From assembly GCA_051252375.1 (NCBI GenBank), contig JBPOFY010000001.1:384001-448000 (forward strand): 64,000 nucleotides of DNA, written 5' to 3'. Position 1 is the stretch's first letter; each line of letters begins with the position of its first letter. The position numbers were made by a program, and so were the translations under genes. Below the pieces are notes generated by a model. It saw only the letters and a program-made list of their open reading frames with translations, did no database searches and was not told where the DNA came from. This DNA comes from Opitutaceae bacterium. Its GTDB lineage: Bacteria; Verrucomicrobiota; Verrucomicrobiia; Opitutales; Coraliomargaritaceae. Below, in pieces: positions 30,254 to 42,613 of this stretch.

Positions 30254-33200
30254 TTAATAGCCTCGGTTCGGTGCGAGCCAGCGTTCGGTGGTTTCTAGGT
30301 CGAAGCCTTTGCGCTGGGCGTAGTCTTCGAACTGGTCTTTATCCATCGGGCCGACTTGGAAGTATTTGGCTTCCGGGTGACCGAAGTAGAGACCGCTGAC
30401 AGCAGAGCCGGGGCTCATTGCGAAACTTGTGGTGAGCGTCGCACTGGTGTTTTTCTCGGCGTCCAGGACGTCCCAGATGGTTTGCTTCTCGGTGTGGTCG
30501 GGCTGGCTGGGATAGCCGGCGGCGGGGCGGATGCCGCGATACTTTTCTTTGATCAGAGCGGCATTGTCTAAGGTCTCATCGGCAGCGTAGCCCCAGAGTT
30601 CTTTACGCACTTTTTGGTGGGTGTATTCAGCTAGCGCTTCGGCGAAACGGTCGCCGAGTGCTTTGACCATGATCGAGCTGTAGTCGTCGTGGGCGTCTTC
30701 AAATTCTTTAGCGAATGTATCCACACCTTCAATACAGCAGACGAAGGCGCCGCAAGTATCGGTCTGACCGCTTTCTTTTGGGGCGACAAAATCGCTGAGT
30801 GCGAAGTAAGTGTCGCTGCCGGCTTTTTTCTTTTGCTGGCGCAGGGTGTGGAAGGTGCCGATGGGCTGACCGTCGTTGTCGTAAAGTTCGACATCGTCGC
30901 CCACGGAGTTGGCGGGGAAGAGACCGACCACGCTGCGAGCACGGAAGCGTTTTTCTTCGATGATTTGTTTGAGCAGTTTTTGCGCATCTTCGAGGATGAT
31001 GCGGGCTTGTTCGCCGTATTTCTTGTGCTCGAGAATTTTTGGATACACGCCTTTGAGCTCCCATGTCCAGAAGAGCGGGGAGTAGTCGAAGAACTCGGCG
31101 AGTGCTTCGAGGTCGATGTGATCGCCGACGGTGACGCCGGGTGTATTCGGCGCTTTGAGTTGGGCTTGGCTCCAGTCGGGGGCGAAGCGCTTTTCGCGGA
31201 CTTCGGCGAGAGGTAGGAGCTCGTTGTCTGCTTGGCCGGCGGCGAAGCGGATACGGCGTTTTTCATGCTCAGCTTCGAGCTCGGCGACGTAGGCTTCTCG
31301 CTTCTCGGGATTGAGCAGGCTGTTGCAGATGCCGGTCACCAGGGAGGCATCACCGACGCGGACGACGGGCTGCGGGTAGTGCGGTGCGATCTTGATCGCG
31401 GTGTGTGCGCTGCTGGTGGTGGCTCCACCGATCAGGAGTGGCTGAGTGAAGCCGCGCTTGGTCATTTCTTGCGCATTGAAAATCATCTCGTCGAGCGAGG
31501 GTGTGATCAGGCCGGAGAGTCCTATGATGTCGGCGCCCCATTCTTGAGCTTCGCGTAAAATGTCGTCGCAGGAGACCATCACGCCGAGGTCTTTGACTTC
31601 GTAGTTGTTGCAGGCGAGCACGACGCCAACGATGTTCTTACCGATGTCGTGCACGTCGCCTTTCACGGTGGCGATGAGGAATTTGCCTTGGGCGCGGGTG
31701 TTGGGATTGTTCTTCTTTTCCTCTTCCATGAATGGGAAGAGGTAGGCCACGGCGCGCTTCATAACACGGGCGCTCTTGACCACTTGGGGAAGGAACATCT
31801 GACCGGAGCCAAAGAGCTCGCCGACGATTTTCATGCCGTCCATCAAGGGACCTTCGATTACCTCGAGTGGGCGCGCCAGTTGTTGGCGGGCTTCTTCGGT
31901 GTCGTCTTCGACGTAGTCGACGATGCCTTTGACTAGGGCGTGGGCGAGGCGTTCTTCGACGGTGCCGTCGCGCCATGCTAGCTTGGCGGAGTCGTCCACG
32001 ACCTTGTCGGTAGCGACGACCGTTTCGGCAAAAGTGATGAGTGCTTCGGTTGCCTCGTCGTTACGGTTGAGTAGGACGTCTTCAACGCGAATCAATAGCT
32101 CGGGATCGATCTCTTGATAGACTTCGAGCATGCCTGCGTTGACGATACCCATGTCGAGACCCGCTTCAATGGCGTGAAACAGGAAGGCAGAGTGCATGGC
32201 TTCACGCACGGGATTATTGCCGCGGAAAGAGAAAGAAATGTTACTGACACCGCCGGAGGTGAGGGCGCCGGGACAGACTTTTTTTATCTCGCGCACGGCT
32301 TCGATGAAATCGACGGCGTAGTTGTTGTGCTCATCCATGCCAGTGGCGACGGTGAGGATGTTGGGATCGAAAACGATGTCGTAGGGATCGAAGTCGAGCG
32401 CGCTGACGAGGAGATCGTAGGCGCGTTTGCAGATGCGGATCTTGTCTTCCTTGGTCGCGGCTTGGCCTTGCTCGTCGAAGGCCATGATGACGACGGCGGC
32501 GCCGTAGCGCTGGCAGAGCTTGGCTTGTTCAAGGAATTTGGCTTCGCCTTCTTTCAGGCTGATCGAGTTGACGATGCATTTGCCTTGTGCGCATTTGAGA
32601 CCGGCTTCGATGACTGACCACTTGGAGCTGTCGATCATGATGGGCACACGGGCGATGGCGGGCTCGGAAGCGACGAGGTTCATGAACTTCGTCATGCATT
32701 CCTCGGACTCGAGCATGCCTTCGTCGAAATTGATGTCGATGATGTTGGCTCCGTTTTCGACTTGCTGGGTGGCCACTGCGAGTGCGCCGTCCCAGTCGTC
32801 GGCCTTGATCATTTTCTTAAAGCGCGGGGAGCCGGTGACGTTGGTGCGCTCGCCGACCATGACGAAGCTGTGCTTTGGCGCGATGTTGTAGGATTCTAGT
32901 CCGCTGAGGCGTTGGGCGAGGGAAAGCTGGGGGATCTTGCGCGGCTCGTATTGGCTGACTTCGTCGACCACGGCGCGGATGTGATCGGGCGTGGTGCCGC
33001 AGCAACCGCCAACAAGATTGACGAGTCCGTCGGATGCGAATCCACCGACAGCGGTGCCGGTGTGCTCGGGTGTTTCGTCGTAGCCAGTGGGGGCGAGCGG
33101 GTTGGGCAGGCCGGCGTTTGGATAGACGTGGACGTAGGTGTCGGCCACGCGGGAGAGCTCGCGCAGGAAGGGGCGCATGAGGTCGGCTCCGAGGGCGCAG

Positions 33201-33961
33201 TTAAGTCCGACGCAGAGTGGCTTGGCGTGACGGATCGAGTTCCAGCAGGCTTCGACGGTTTGACCGGAAAGTGTGCGACCGGATTGGTCAGTAATCGTGA
33301 CCGAGACGATGACAGGCAGGCGCTCGTCGAGCGTTTCCTGGAAATCTTCGATGGCGTGGAGGCAGGCCTTCAAGTTGAGCGTGTCAAAGACGGTCTCAGG
33401 CAAGAGCAGGTCGACACCACCTTCGACAAGGGCTTCGGTTTGTTCGTAGTAAGCTTTGTAGAGTTCGTCGTAACTGGTCGCGCGGTATTCCGGGCGATTG
33501 ACGTCGGGCGACATCGAGCAAGTGCGGTTCGTGGGGCCGATCGCGCCAGCGACGAAAGTCGGACGGCCTTCTTTCTCGGAAATTTCGTCGGCTACCTTAC
33601 GAGCGATCTTGGCGGACTCGATGTTGATGTCGCGCACGCGGTGTTCGAGACCGTAGTCAGCTTGCGCGATGGTCGTGCCAGAAAAGGTGTTGGTCTCGAC
33701 GATGTCTGCACCTGCTTCGAAGAAGGCTCGGTGGATGTCGGCAATGAGCTCGGGGCGTGTGATCGAGAGTAGGTCGTTGTTGCCCTTGAGGTCGCCCTTC
33801 ACGTCGTCAAAGGACGCGTCACGGAAGTCGGCTTCACCCAACTTGTGCTGTTGGATCATGGTGCCCATCGCACCGTCTAGAAAGAGGATGCGTTCGGCGA
33901 AGAGGTCAGCGAGTTGCTGCCCTTTTTTAGTCAAAGGTTTCTGGGAAGAGGGAGTGCTCAT
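30254..33961 (-). CDS. metH: Cobalamin-dependent methionine synthase
   Basis: [37 protein letters not shown]12 motif, C-terminal RPAAGYP activation domain. Confidence 0.99.
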   Translation of the reverse strand: MSTPSSQKPLTKKGQQLADLFAERILFLDGAMGTMIQQHKLGEADFRDASFDDVKGDLKGNNDLLSITRPELIADIHRAFFEAGADIVETNTFSGTTIAQADYGLEHRVRDINIESAKIARKVADEISEKEGRPTFVAGAIGPTNRTCSMSPDVNRPEYRATSYDELYKAYYEQTEALVEGGVDLLLPETVFDTLNLKACLHAIEDFQETLDERLPVIVSVTITDQSGRTLSGQTVEACWNSIRHAKPLCVGLNCALGADLMRPFLRELSRVADTYVHVYPNAGLPNPLAPTGYDETPEHTGTAVGGFASDGLVNLVGGCCGTTPDHIRAVVDEVSQYEPRKIPQLSLAQRLSGLESYNIAPKHSFVMVGERTNVTGSPRFKKMIKADDWDGALAVATQQVENGANIIDINFDEGMLESEECMTKFMNLVASEPAIARVPIMIDSSKWSVIEAGLKCAQGKCIVNSISLKEGEAKFLEQAKLCQRYGAAVVIMAFDEQGQAATKEDKIRICKRAYDLLVSALDFDPYDIVFDPNILTVATGMDEHNNYAVDFIEAVREIKKVCPGALTSGGVSNISFSFRGNNPVREAMHSAFLFHAIEAGLDMGIVNAGMLEVYQEIDPELLIRVEDVLLNRNDEATEALITFAETVVATDKVVDDSAKLAWRDGTVEERLAHALVKGIVDYVEDDTEEARQQLARPLEVIEGPLMDGMKIVGELFGSGQMFLPQVVKSARVMKRAVAYLFPFMEEEKKNNPNTRAQGKFLIATVKGDVHDIGKNIVGVVLACNNYEVKDLGVMVSCDDILREAQEWGADIIGLSGLITPSLDEMIFNAQEMTKRGFTQPLLIGGATTSSAHTAIKIAPHYPQPVVRVGDASLVTGICNSLLNPEKREAYVAELEAEHEKRRIRFAAGQADNELLPLAEVREKRFAPDWSQAQLKAPNTPGVTVGDHIDLEALAEFFDYSPLFWTWELKGVYPKILEHKKYGEQARIILEDAQKLLKQIIEEKRFRARSVVGLFPANSVGDDVELYDNDGQPIGTFHTLRQQKKKAGSDTYFALSDFVAPKESGQTDTCGAFVCCIEGVDTFAKEFEDAHDDYSSIMVKALGDRFAEALAEYTHQKVRKELWGYAADETLDNAALIKEKYRGIRPAAGYPSQPDHTEKQTIWDVLDAEKNTSATLTTSFAMSPGSAVSGLYFGHPEAKYFQVGPMDKDQFEDYAQRKGFDLETTERWLAPNRGY

Positions 33962-33971
33962 ATTAAATATC

Positions 33972-33997
33972 AACGTATCGTTATATCTTGATACGTT
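33972..33997. promoter_or_regulatory. Palindromic operator upstream of metH (SahR-like candidate)
   Basis: AACGTATC-N10-GATACGTT. Confidence 0.55.
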
Positions 33998-34020
33998 ATT
34001 GCAAGCTTTGAATCTGCTTC

Positions 34021-35490
34021 TTAGGAGAAGCGCTTCCAGGCCGAGGGCACGAAGAGCACTAAGATGGCGTAAAGTTCAAGACGCCCGATGATCATCAGCA
34101 GCGAGAGGAAGACCTTCGTGCTGCTTCTCAAAAAGTGGAAGTTTTCGGTCGGACCGACGGCATCAAAGCCTGGTCCGATGTTGAAGAGTGTCGCCTGCAC
34201 GCAGGAGAAGACGGTTAGAAATGAAATATGCGGCTCATTGGCAGAGACAAAGAGCATCGCGAGTAACTGCAGGCCCGCCATTAGGATCAGGAAGAGTATG
34301 ACGCTATGAATTGCTCGCTCGCCGAGGGTTTGCCCTCCCATGCGCATCGGGATTGTGACGTTTGGGCGAAAAGCATGTGTGATACTGCGCATGGCAGCGC
34401 GGGTCGCGATGACGATCCGCACGACTTTTACGCCGCCACTGGTTGACCCTGAGCAACCGCCGATAAACATGACGATCAGTAGGATCATTTTTGCTGGAGG
34501 TAGCCATTGATCAAAGTCGGTCGTTGCGTAGCCTGTCGTGGTGATGATGGATACGGACTGGAACGCTGCAGCACGGATGGAGTCGTGGTTCGGGAGTTGG
34601 CCGGTTTGATCGACGAGAAATAAGACGAGCAGGGCAGTGCTCACTAGAATTAAGGCATAGAACCAATAGACTTCGTTGTTTTGTTTTAGAATATGCGTCT
34701 GCCCTCGGAGCAAGCGGATCAAGTAAACAAAGGTAGTGCCACAGATCGCCATGAAGAAAATCGAAATCCATTCAAGCAGTGGGCTTTGGAATTCCTCCAT
34801 GCTTAGGGCTTCAGTGCTGAAGCCACCTGTGGATACTGTTGTCATCGAGTGGTTAATCGCTTGAAACCAGTCCATACCGCCGAATTTATAGGCGAGTGCG
34901 CAAGTAAAGGATGCGACTAGGTAAAAAATCATCAATTGTGTAGCACCGCTCTGAATGCGGCCGTGATCAAAGTCGGCCGAAGTTCCGGAGGACTCATTAC
35001 TAAAGAGAATTTTCGCGCCCGCGCCAAGTGAGGATAGGATAGCGACGAAGAAGACAACTACACCTAAGCCGCCCACCCATTGACTCATAGAGCGCCAGGT
35101 TAGGAGGCTTTTGGGGAATTCGTTGAAATCTGAAAAGGCCGTTGCTCCAGTTGTTGTGAGGCCTGAAGCACTCTCAAAGATGCCATCTGAGAAGTCGCAA
35201 TGCAGCGTGAAGATATAAGGCAGTGCTCCAACAATCGTGGCCAAGATCCATGAAAGCCCGATAGCTATAAGCGCTTCGCGACGGAAGAGTTTGGTCTCTC
35301 CATTGCGGCCGAGGATGTAAAAAATCACAGAGATTCCTATGGTGATGCCAATGGTATCTAGGAAGCCAATGATTGATGGGTCGGAAAATTTTTCTCCAAG
35401 CGCTAGCCCTGTAACCATGCAGATGCCAAAGGCGCATGCTAAAGCTAGCAGGACCATACTCAAGAGTCGGTAGATAATAGCGGTATTCAC
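34021..35490 (-). CDS. trkH: Trk potassium uptake membrane protein
   Basis: [36 protein letters not shown]. Confidence 0.96.
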   Translation of the reverse strand: MNTAIIYRLLSMVLLALACAFGICMVTGLALGEKFSDPSIIGFLDTIGITIGISVIFYILGRNGETKLFRREALIAIGLSWILATIVGALPYIFTLHCDFSDGIFESASGLTTTGATAFSDFNEFPKSLLTWRSMSQWVGGLGVVVFFVAILSSLGAGAKILFSNESSGTSADFDHGRIQSGATQLMIFYLVASFTCALAYKFGGMDWFQAINHSMTTVSTGGFSTEALSMEEFQSPLLEWISIFFMAICGTTFVYLIRLLRGQTHILKQNNEVYWFYALILVSTALLVLFLVDQTGQLPNHDSIRAAAFQSVSIITTTGYATTDFDQWLPPAKMILLIVMFIGGCSGSTSGGVKVVRIVIATRAAMRSITHAFRPNVTIPMRMGGQTLGERAIHSVILFLILMAGLQLLAMLFVSANEPHISFLTVFSCVQATLFNIGPGFDAVGPTENFHFLRSSTKVFLSLLMIIGRLELYAILVLFVPSAWKRFS

Positions 35491-35493
35491 GGA

Positions 35494-36843
35494 CTATATA
35501 AGGCAATTGAGAAGGGCTTTTTCCACCTCTGGAGTCACCAGCACGACCACGCGGTCGCCAGCTAGAATCATGTCATCGGCTGCGGGAACCTTCGCTTTGA
35601 ATTTATGCAAGAGCGCGACAAATAAACTGCCCTTGGGCAGGCTGATATCCTTAATCATACGGCCGACGCACGGGCTAGAGTGCTGGATGCGCACTTCGAT
35701 GATTTTACCGCCGTTGTTGGGCATCTCCGCAAGAGTTACCGTGCGGTCGGTGGAAAGGTTGCGCACCATGAAATTGGCGGTCGCACTTCGTGGGGAGACC
35801 ACTACTTCGATGCCCAGCATTGTGCGCAAGATTCCAAGTAGTTGATCGTAGTCGCCCTTGTTTATCACGAGCTGCACGTGGCTGACGCCTAACTTCGCGG
35901 CTTGTAGACAGGTCAAAATATTTTCTTCGTCGTCTTTTGTGCAGGCCACAAAGTAGTCGGCACTACCGATTTGTTCCTCTTCTAATAGACGTAGAGATGT
36001 GGCGTCACCATTGATGACGGTAATATTAGGAAAGCGCTCGGCAAGTTGGCGGCATTTCTTGGCGTCTTTCTCAATGAGGCGGATTTTGAAACGCGGGTTG
36101 GTCAATAAGCGTATAAGGTTGATCGCGGTTTCGCTGCCGCCAAAAAGCACCACAGTGGAAACTTCGGTCTTGTGCTTTGGATCGAAGCGCTCACGTAGCT
36201 CAAAGAGTGATTCAGGATGACCAAAAAGTGTGACGATGTCGCCTTCTTCGAGTTCGGTGTCGGCGCTAGCAACCTCAGTTTTTCCGTTGCGCTGGATGTA
36301 GCCGACGCGGACACGAGGATCGAGTTTGAGGTCTCTCAACTTGCGACCAATGACACGTGCGCCAGGGGCGATCTTCTGTTGCTGCACTTCGATTTGACCA
36401 CGAGCAAAGTTTTCCACCGCAACCCGACCTGCGTTGCGAATTTCTTTAGCGAGTTCGACCGCGCAGATGGCCTCGGGGTTGACCAGCAGGTCGATCCCGA
36501 AGTGAAGTTGATAGTTGATGACTGAGGTGTCGCTGAAAGTTTCGTCGTGAATACGGGCGATGGTATTCTTCGCACCCAATCCTTTTGCGAGGGAGCAGGA
36601 GATGACGTTAGTGCGGTCATCACTGGTCATCGCGAGGAAGGCATCACACTTTGCTACATCGACATCAACCAGTTGACGCGCCGAGCTGCCATTGCCGTTG
36701 ATGATGCGTGCGTTCTGCTCCTCATCGAGCTTTTCACAACGGACGTCAGACTGCTCGATTAGGGTAACATCGTGCCCCTCGGCAGCGAGTGTCGTGCAAA
36801 GATTGTGGCCGACTTCACCGGCACCTACGATAATGATCTTCAT
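35494..36843 (-). CDS. trkA: Trk potassium uptake NAD-binding subunit
   Basis: IVGAGEVG; two RCK_N/RCK_C pairs; adjacent to trkH. Confidence 0.95.
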   Translation of the reverse strand: MKIIIVGAGEVGHNLCTTLAAEGHDVTLIEQSDVRCEKLDEEQNARIINGNGSSARQLVDVDVAKCDAFLAMTSDDRTNVISCSLAKGLGAKNTIARIHDETFSDTSVINYQLHFGIDLLVNPEAICAVELAKEIRNAGRVAVENFARGQIEVQQQKIAPGARVIGRKLRDLKLDPRVRVGYIQRNGKTEVASADTELEEGDIVTLFGHPESLFELRERFDPKHKTEVSTVVLFGGSETAINLIRLLTNPRFKIRLIEKDAKKCRQLAERFPNITVINGDATSLRLLEEEQIGSADYFVACTKDDEENILTCLQAAKLGVSHVQLVINKGDYDQLLGILRTMLGIEVVVSPRSATANFMVRNLSTDRTVTLAEMPNNGGKIIEVRIQHSSPCVGRMIKDISLPKGSLFVALLHKFKAKVPAADDMILAGDRVVVLVTPEVEKALLNCLI

Positions 36844-36931
36844 AATGGGCGTCTAAATAGAATTTAAACTTCCGGCGCAGTGTGACGCCCTTATCCTGTA
36901 TTTCCAGAGTATATTTGGGGGTGTTTGGATG

Positions 36932-37561
36932 CTGGAGGGACGTGTTTCACACGTCCGCCGTCAATCATGCCAACAGAGTTGGGTTAATTCGCCTTGATAA
37001 GGCCAATCAGTGGTATGACTGACTAGTTTGTGGCGAACTGGGTTGCTGGATACATATTTCCATTTCTCAGAATAGGACTCGCCAGATCGCAATTGCCGGT
37101 CCCAACAAGATTTTTGCCAAATAGGCTTCTGCTCATGAGTGGGCCATTGTTTCGTCGCCAGTGCTTTCCAATATTGGACCCATTTGTGAATGGGTGTGGC
37201 GGAAATACTGCAGGTGCGCAGAATAAATGGATGTGATCCGGTAGGATGATGTATCGGCCTACGTAAAAAGCATCCGCGTCACGCCATGCCTCATTAAGTA
37301 TGTTGTGAGTCGCCTCGTTTGCTAGAATAGGTGCCCTGTTTTTGGTGCAAACCGTGATAAATATAAGATTAGAGCGGTTCCCGATATCCACGATTGGTGC
37401 TGTGGCGGGAGATTTTCGCTGAGGGAGACTGGGCTGGTCGGACATGCTTGAAACTTTGGGTATTCGGCGGACGCGTGGAAACGCGTCCCTCCTGTTACTG
37501 AAACCCGTATCAAGGACAGGTGTCATTGTTTTCTGGAGGGACGCGTTTCCACGCGTCCGCC
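36932..37561. mobile_element. REPtron-like locus: RAYT gene with flanking REPs
   Basis: REPs CTGGAGGGACGTGTTTCACACGTCCGCC (36932-36959), inverted copy (37466-37492) and direct copy (37533-37561). Confidence 0.85.
36961..37445 (-). pseudogene. REP-associated tyrosine transposase (RAYT, Y1 HUH), frameshifted
   Basis: FITVCTKNR and YIILPDHIHLF (HUH) in one frame; WVQYWK...IWQKSCWDRQLR..ESYSEKWKYVSSNPVRHKLV...DWPYQGE in another; junction near 37183-37185. Confidence 0.88.
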
Positions 37562-37590
37562 TCAATGAAGTAAGAATAGGATTCAGCTTC

Positions 37591-38517
37591 CTACAACAAC
37601 GCCACTTCCACTCCGAAGGTGGCGCTTTCGCCAGCGCCTACAGCGTGCAGACCTTTGCCATGCTCGGGACTGTTGGGCGGCCCCATCCAAGGCTCGACAC
37701 AGAAAAAGGGACTATCTGGCTTTTCGGTCCAAATGACGAATGCGTTCCAGGTGGAATGTGTCTCAGAATCGTTGAGCAGGCGTATTCCGATGTCTTCCTC
37801 GCCGCCATTGGGTCCAAAAACAGCGGTATCGCCCTTTAATCGTGTGTAAATGCGGTCGCTATTAGCCGGATCGCCGAAGGAGCAGGTCTTGTCCCAGCCC
37901 TTTTCGACCGGTTGCAGCGTTCCATCCGGCGCATGGGTGAAGCATTTCTTGGCCGGAATTTCGAAGCGGTAGTCCTTGCGGGCGAGCCCTTCGTGCCAAG
38001 GAAGTGTGAAATAGAAATGATGCCCGGCGGACCAGAGGATGGGTTTGTCGCCTAGATTATCCAAGCGCAGGTAAACCTTCAATGAAACCTGCTCGAACAC
38101 GTAGCGCACGGTGAAGCGATAGTTGAAAGGGTAGGCTTTGTGGTCGGCTTCGGTCGGCTTGAGTTCTGCGGTGAAGCCTGTCTCGTCGACCGAAACGATC
38201 TCGTAAGTGCCATTTCGGCTGAAACCATGCATGGGCATCGGGCGAACGACACCATCTTGGTCCTTCCACTCACCGATCTTGCCCTTGTTGTAGGTGCGGG
38301 CGGCAAAAGGAAAGAGGATCGGGTTGCCGCCACGGACTTTCGCAAAGTTGTCGTAGTCGGCATCTTCCGGCCAGTGGATGACATCGCGAAACGAGCCGTC
38401 ACCCATACGGAGGTTCCAGTTCATGAGGCGTGCGCCTAGCTCGGGGCGCGCTAAAAAGGTCGAGGGGCCACAGTTCCAGCGGTGCAGCGTGACGCCGTTA
38501 TATTCGATGGTTTCCAT
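37591..38517 (-). CDS. Aldose 1-epimerase / galactose mutarotase-like protein
   Basis: [29 protein letters not shown]. Confidence 0.9.
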   Translation of the reverse strand: METIEYNGVTLHRWNCGPSTFLARPELGARLMNWNLRMGDGSFRDVIHWPEDADYDNFAKVRGGNPILFPFAARTYNKGKIGEWKDQDGVVRPMPMHGFSRNGTYEIVSVDETGFTAELKPTEADHKAYPFNYRFTVRYVFEQVSLKVYLRLDNLGDKPILWSAGHHFYFTLPWHEGLARKDYRFEIPAKKCFTHAPDGTLQPVEKGWDKTCSFGDPANSDRIYTRLKGDTAVFGPNGGEEDIGIRLLNDSETHSTWNAFVIWTEKPDSPFFCVEPWMGPPNSPEHGKGLHAVGAGESATFGVEVALL

Positions 38518-38648
38518 AGATCAGATTTGTAGCAGTTTGCGCGCTTTGTCTAGTGCGGGAATCGATCGTTGCGATTTTCCGTTAAATCGGTGCCGAAATC
38601 GGATGTCCATACTTGCGTTCTAGGGGCTGACTTTCATTGTATGGGTCT

Positions 38649-40064
38649 ATGGCAACACCTCGCATCTGCCTTTTACTTTTTACGTTATTTTTTGTGCTTC
38701 CGATGGGCCTTCATGCTCAAGAGGCCGCGCCTGTGGTGGACGATAAGATCGACGTTTACGTCATCCCGATCACGGATGCGATTAGCAAACCGAATTTGTA
38801 TATTCTACGTCGTGGTCTGAAGGAGGCGATTGAGAATGAAGTCGATATGGTGATCCTTGATATGGATACGCCGGGCGGGCGGGTCGATTACACCATCGAG
38901 ATGATGGAGATGTTGGCAAAGTTCGAAGGCATCACCGCAACTTATGTGAATGACGATGCCATTTCCGCAGGGTCTTTCATCGCTGCGGCGACTCAGGAGA
39001 TCTATTTCTCGCCAATCGGTAAGATCGGTGCCTCTGCAGTGATACAAGGCGGCGGTGAGGACGTGCCTGAAACGGCGCGAATGAAAATCGAGAGTTACTT
39101 GCGCGCGAACATTCGGGTGATCACAGAGGATTATCCTTTCCGCTCTGATGTGGTGCGGGCGATGTTGGACGCCGATTTCGAGCTCAAGATCGGCGAAGAA
39201 GTGATTAAGCCGGCGGGCGAGTTACTGACGTTGACGGCTAAAGAAGCGATGCGTGAATACGGGGAGCCCTTGAGCCCGTTATTGGGCAAGGGGATTTATG
39301 AGTCGGTCGAAGAGCTGCTCGATGCTCGATTCGGAGAAGGTAAATATGAAATACGCGATTTTCATCTTAGTTATTCCGAGGAGATCGCGAAATGGATGAG
39401 CACCTTTGCGCCTGCCTTGATGGGCATTGGGTTACTTCTGTTATTTTTAGAATTCAAGACGCCCGGATTTGGTATTTTTGGAATTGGAGGAATCGTCTTG
39501 ATCGCGATTTTCTTCGCGAGTCAGTATATCGCGGGGCTTGCAGGGAATGAGGCGATTTTGTTTTTCGTGTTGGGGGTGATACTCGTCCTGATTGAGTTAT
39601 TTTTCTTTCCCGGTTCGATTGTCTTCGGGCTCGCGGGCTTGGGTCTGATTTTTGGCTCACTGATGTGGGCAATGGTCGATGTCTGGCCGAATGAGCCGAT
39701 CGACTTCTCTCCTGAGATATTCGCCGAGCCGTTGGTGAATATGATTTTTGGCGTGGCGATCGCGGCCTGCGGCGCATTGCTCTTTGGGCGATTTTTCCAG
39801 GGCTCGTTTTTGGAGCGCCGATTGGTGCTGTCTGAGTCCGCTGGTGGGAGTAGTGCGACGATCCGCGCTGACCGAGAATCGACTTTGCCGAGTGTGGGCA
39901 CAAAGGGTGTCGCCGTGACAGATTTGTTTCCCAGTGGCCGTGTTGAAATTCGCGGGACTCGCTATGAAGCGCGCTCTGCGCTCAATTCGATTGATAAGGG
40001 TGCTGCGGTGCGAGTGGTCAAAAGCAGTGACTTTAGTCTGATAGTAGAGGAGGTTGAAGAATGA
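38649..40064 (+). CDS. Long NfeD (ClpP-class serine protease domain, TM region, OB-fold)
   Basis: [34 protein letters not shown]. Confidence 0.9.
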   Translation: MATPRICLLLFTLFFVLPMGLHAQEAAPVVDDKIDVYVIPITDAISKPNLYILRRGLKEAIENEVDMVILDMDTPGGRVDYTIEMMEMLAKFEGITATYVNDDAISAGSFIAAATQEIYFSPIGKIGASAVIQGGGEDVPETARMKIESYLRANIRVITEDYPFRSDVVRAMLDADFELKIGEEVIKPAGELLTLTAKEAMREYGEPLSPLLGKGIYESVEELLDARFGEGKYEIRDFHLSYSEEIAKWMSTFAPALMGIGLLLLFLEFKTPGFGIFGIGGIVLIAIFFASQYIAGLAGNEAILFFVLGVILVLIELFFFPGSIVFGLAGLGLIFGSLMWAMVDVWPNEPIDFSPEIFAEPLVNMIFGVAIAACGALLFGRFFQGSFLERRLVLSESAGGSSATIRADRESTLPSVGTKGVAVTDLFPSGRVEIRGTRYEARSALNSIDKGAAVRVVKSSDFSLIVEEVEE

Positions 40065-40525
40065 GTGCGATAATTGGTTTTTTAGTAGCTGCCCTCGTAT
40101 TGGTTTTCTTTGAGGTCATTTTACCGGGCGGTGTGCTCGGCGTGCTAGCGGCACTTTGTTTGCTCGTTGCGTCGTGGCTCGGCGGAACGGAGTATGGATG
40201 GCTCGGTGGGGTCGGCGTATTTGGCGGTGGTCTTCTGACCATCGCATTGTTCGTTTATATCGAGTTCAAGCTATTGGCTCGCACCTCGCTAGGTCGCGCG
40301 TTTTTTCTAAAAGAGACGGTCACCGGCCATTCAAATGCAGCACCGGCAGAAGATTCTATTATAGGCGAATCAGGCACGGCACTAACGCGCTTAAATCCGA
40401 GTGGAAAGGTTGCAATTAAAGGCCGGAGCTACGAAGCTCACTCGCAAGACGGATATATTGAGGCGGATGCGCCTATCCGCGTCATTTCACAAGACAGTTT
40501 TAAACTCATCATCAAAAAATTATGA
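40061..40525 (+). CDS. Short NfeD family protein
   Basis: EVILPGG TM region, C-terminal LNPSGKV.I.G..YEA OB-fold. Confidence 0.88.
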   Translation: MSAIIGFLVAALVLVFFEVILPGGVLGVLAALCLLVASWLGGTEYGWLGGVGVFGGGLLTIALFVYIEFKLLARTSLGRAFFLKETVTGHSNAAPAEDSIIGESGTALTRLNPSGKVAIKGRSYEAHSQDGYIEADAPIRVISQDSFKLIIKKL

Positions 40526-41553
40526 ACCTATCCATGCTCCCCCTCGCCCTTGCAGGCTGGCAACTTGGCGTTGCTGCCGTTCTTGGTCTGATCTTATTGA
40601 TCGTTGGCTTTATCGTTATCTCATTCTTTAGCATCTGGCTTCGTGCGATGCTTTCCGGTGCTACCGTGGGGTTTCCAACTTTGGTTGCTATGCGCTTACG
40701 TGGTGTGCCTGCTTCTTTGATCGTCGATGCACGTATCACTTCGGTGAAAGCTGGCATTGAGATTGGTGCCAATGATCTTGAAGCACACTATTTGGCGGAA
40801 GGTAATGTCATCCAAACCGTGCAGGCGTTGATCGCAGCAGATAAAGCAAACATCGCGCTCGATTGGCAGCGTGCTTGTGCGATCGATCTCGCGACAAAAG
40901 GCACTGGTAAGTCCGTGCTCGAAGCGGTTCGCACTTCAATTAATCCCAAAGTCATCGAGTGCCCTGCTTCTAATAGTGGTCGTTCGACGATCGATGGTGT
41001 GGCGAAAGACGGCATTCAAGTGAAAGCCCGTGCTCGTGTGACCGTGCGATCGAATCTCGACAATTATGTCGGTAGCGCACTGGAAGAAACAATCATCGCC
41101 CGTGTGGGTGAAGGTATCGTGACCACCATTGGTTCGGCTGAATCCTATAAAACGGTGCTCGAATCTCCGGATTCTATTTCCAAAACCGTGCTTGGTCGCG
41201 GTCTCGACGTCGGCACTGCGTTTGAAATTCTTTCTATCGATATCGCCGACGTAGACGTGGGTGAAAATATCGGAGCCAAGCTGCAAGAGTCGCAGGCCGA
41301 GGCCGACAAGAACGTGGCGCAAGCGAAGGCTGAAATGCGTCGTGCCGCTGCGGTCGCACTCGAGCAAGAAATGAAGGCCCGTGTCGAAGAGATGAACGCG
41401 AAGGTTGTCGAAGCAGAGGCGCAAGTGCCACTCGCGCTGGCCGAAGCATTCCGTTCCGGTAATCTTGGAGTGATGGACTACTATCGCCTCAACAACATCA
41501 AGGCCGATACCGATATGCGTGATTCTATCTCCAAAGGAGACGAGTCTAAGTAA
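40522..41553 (+). CDS. floA: Flotillin-like protein FloA (YqfA family)
   Basis: [54 protein letters not shown]. Confidence 0.93.
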   Translation: MNLSMLPLALAGWQLGVAAVLGLILLIVGFIVISFFSIWLRAMLSGATVGFPTLVAMRLRGVPASLIVDARITSVKAGIEIGANDLEAHYLAEGNVIQTVQALIAADKANIALDWQRACAIDLATKGTGKSVLEAVRTSINPKVIECPASNSGRSTIDGVAKDGIQVKARARVTVRSNLDNYVGSALEETIIARVGEGIVTTIGSAESYKTVLESPDSISKTVLGRGLDVGTAFEILSIDIADVDVGENIGAKLQESQAEADKNVAQAKAEMRRAAAVALEQEMKARVEEMNAKVVEAEAQVPLALAEAFRSGNLGVMDYYRLNNIKADTDMRDSISKGDESK

Positions 41554-41574
41554 TTTTAGGTCGATCGATTCCTG

Positions 41575-42240
41575 ATGGATAATTTACTCGAAATCATCGT
41601 TCCCGTAATTTTTGCGGCGATCTACTTTTTTGGAAACATGCTTTCCGGAAAGGCAGATAAAGACGATGCGCCAAAGCCGCCGCGACGTCGTCCAGGTAAT
41701 GCCGAAGACGACGAAGCGGCCGAGCGGCAGCGTAAGATTCAGCAAGAGATCCGTCGGAAGATTCTAGAACGTCGTCAACAGGCGGAGGGTATGGGACCGG
41801 TGCCACCGGTGGTTTCGCCGCCGCCAATGAGAGGCATGCAGCGTCATCAGCGCGAGCGGACAAAAGAAACGACAGCGCAAACGCGTGAAGCAGCTCAGCC
41901 ACCACCATACGTTGCGCCGACTCATGAAGTTGAGACCGCTCCTGGAGGGTTCTCTTGGGGGGAGTCGGACAATGCTTACGAGAAGGAGATGGAGGTGAAA
42001 TTGCGCCGCATCGAAGAAACCAATCGCCAAGCTGAAAAGTTGAAGCAGAAAGTGGGGAGTCCGCTTGCCGATTCGACAACGACCTCTTCAAAGCGGCGAT
42101 CAAGTGGTCTCCGGTTATCCGGTTCGGTGCGTAGCCAGTTAAAGAATCCAGGCGCAGCAAGGGCAGCCTTTGTCTATGGCGAAGTGCTGGGGCAACCGAT
42201 CAGCATGCGCAAGCAAAGCAGCGTGCCGGGGCTTTCTTGA
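41575..42240 (+). CDS. Hypothetical protein, positional analogue of YqfB
   Basis: N-terminal TM, low-complexity middle, C-terminal ARAAFVYGEVLGQP. Confidence 0.75.
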   Translation: MDNLLEIIVPVIFAAIYFFGNMLSGKADKDDAPKPPRRRPGNAEDDEAAERQRKIQQEIRRKILERRQQAEGMGPVPPVVSPPPMRGMQRHQRERTKETTAQTREAAQPPPYVAPTHEVETAPGGFSWGESDNAYEKEMEVKLRRIEETNRQAEKLKQKVGSPLADSTTTSSKRRSSGLRLSGSVRSQLKNPGAARAAFVYGEVLGQPISMRKQSSVPGLS

Positions 42241-42274
42241 TCAGCCTAGCGTTGTAGAGTTACGATCACAAAGT

Positions 42275-42564
42275 TAGAGGCGGTCGTCCCGACCGCCATT
42301 GCGTCGATCATTGGCACTCGCTCCTATAGCATACAGGTTGAGCAACTCAGACGTGTGGCGATGGAGACCATCGAGTGGCACCGCTTTAACCCGAATTATG
42401 CAGACATGAAATACGTCATTTCATTTGGAGGGCAATGCTCTGTCATTGCCGCAGAAACGCCTAAATGCATCGAACCATCGGCGGTTGCGACGGAGCGCAA
42501 CCCTCCAGGGTTTTTACAGAATGCCTTCTTAGGGTAGTGTCAGTCGTAGACCATCGCCTCTACC
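42275..42564. repeat. REP cluster: family A pair, family B pair and a partial copy
   Basis: 42275-42299, degenerate inverted 42356-42382, pair 42426-42507, partial 42548-42564. Confidence 0.8.
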
Positions 42565-42613
42565 TCTTGCATGCAGTCGCACTATCTAGCTCTTAGAGTC
42601 GTGCAATTTAGCC

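Noticed and set aside
33962..34020. SAM or cobalamin riboswitch before metH
   Set aside because: The spacer is only 59 bp and lacks the consensus elements.
37175..37195. Programmed frameshift in RAYT
   Set aside because: No X XXY YYZ slippery heptamer at the junction; a simple indel is more parsimonious.
37446..37565. N-terminal extension of track ORF 37023-37565 with repeated RRTRGNASL/RDAFPRVR
   Set aside because: It is a translation of the REP palindromes; the likely start is ATG 37445.
42355..42537. 60-aa ORF in the REP cluster
   Set aside because: It is composed largely of REP sequence and shows no coding signal.
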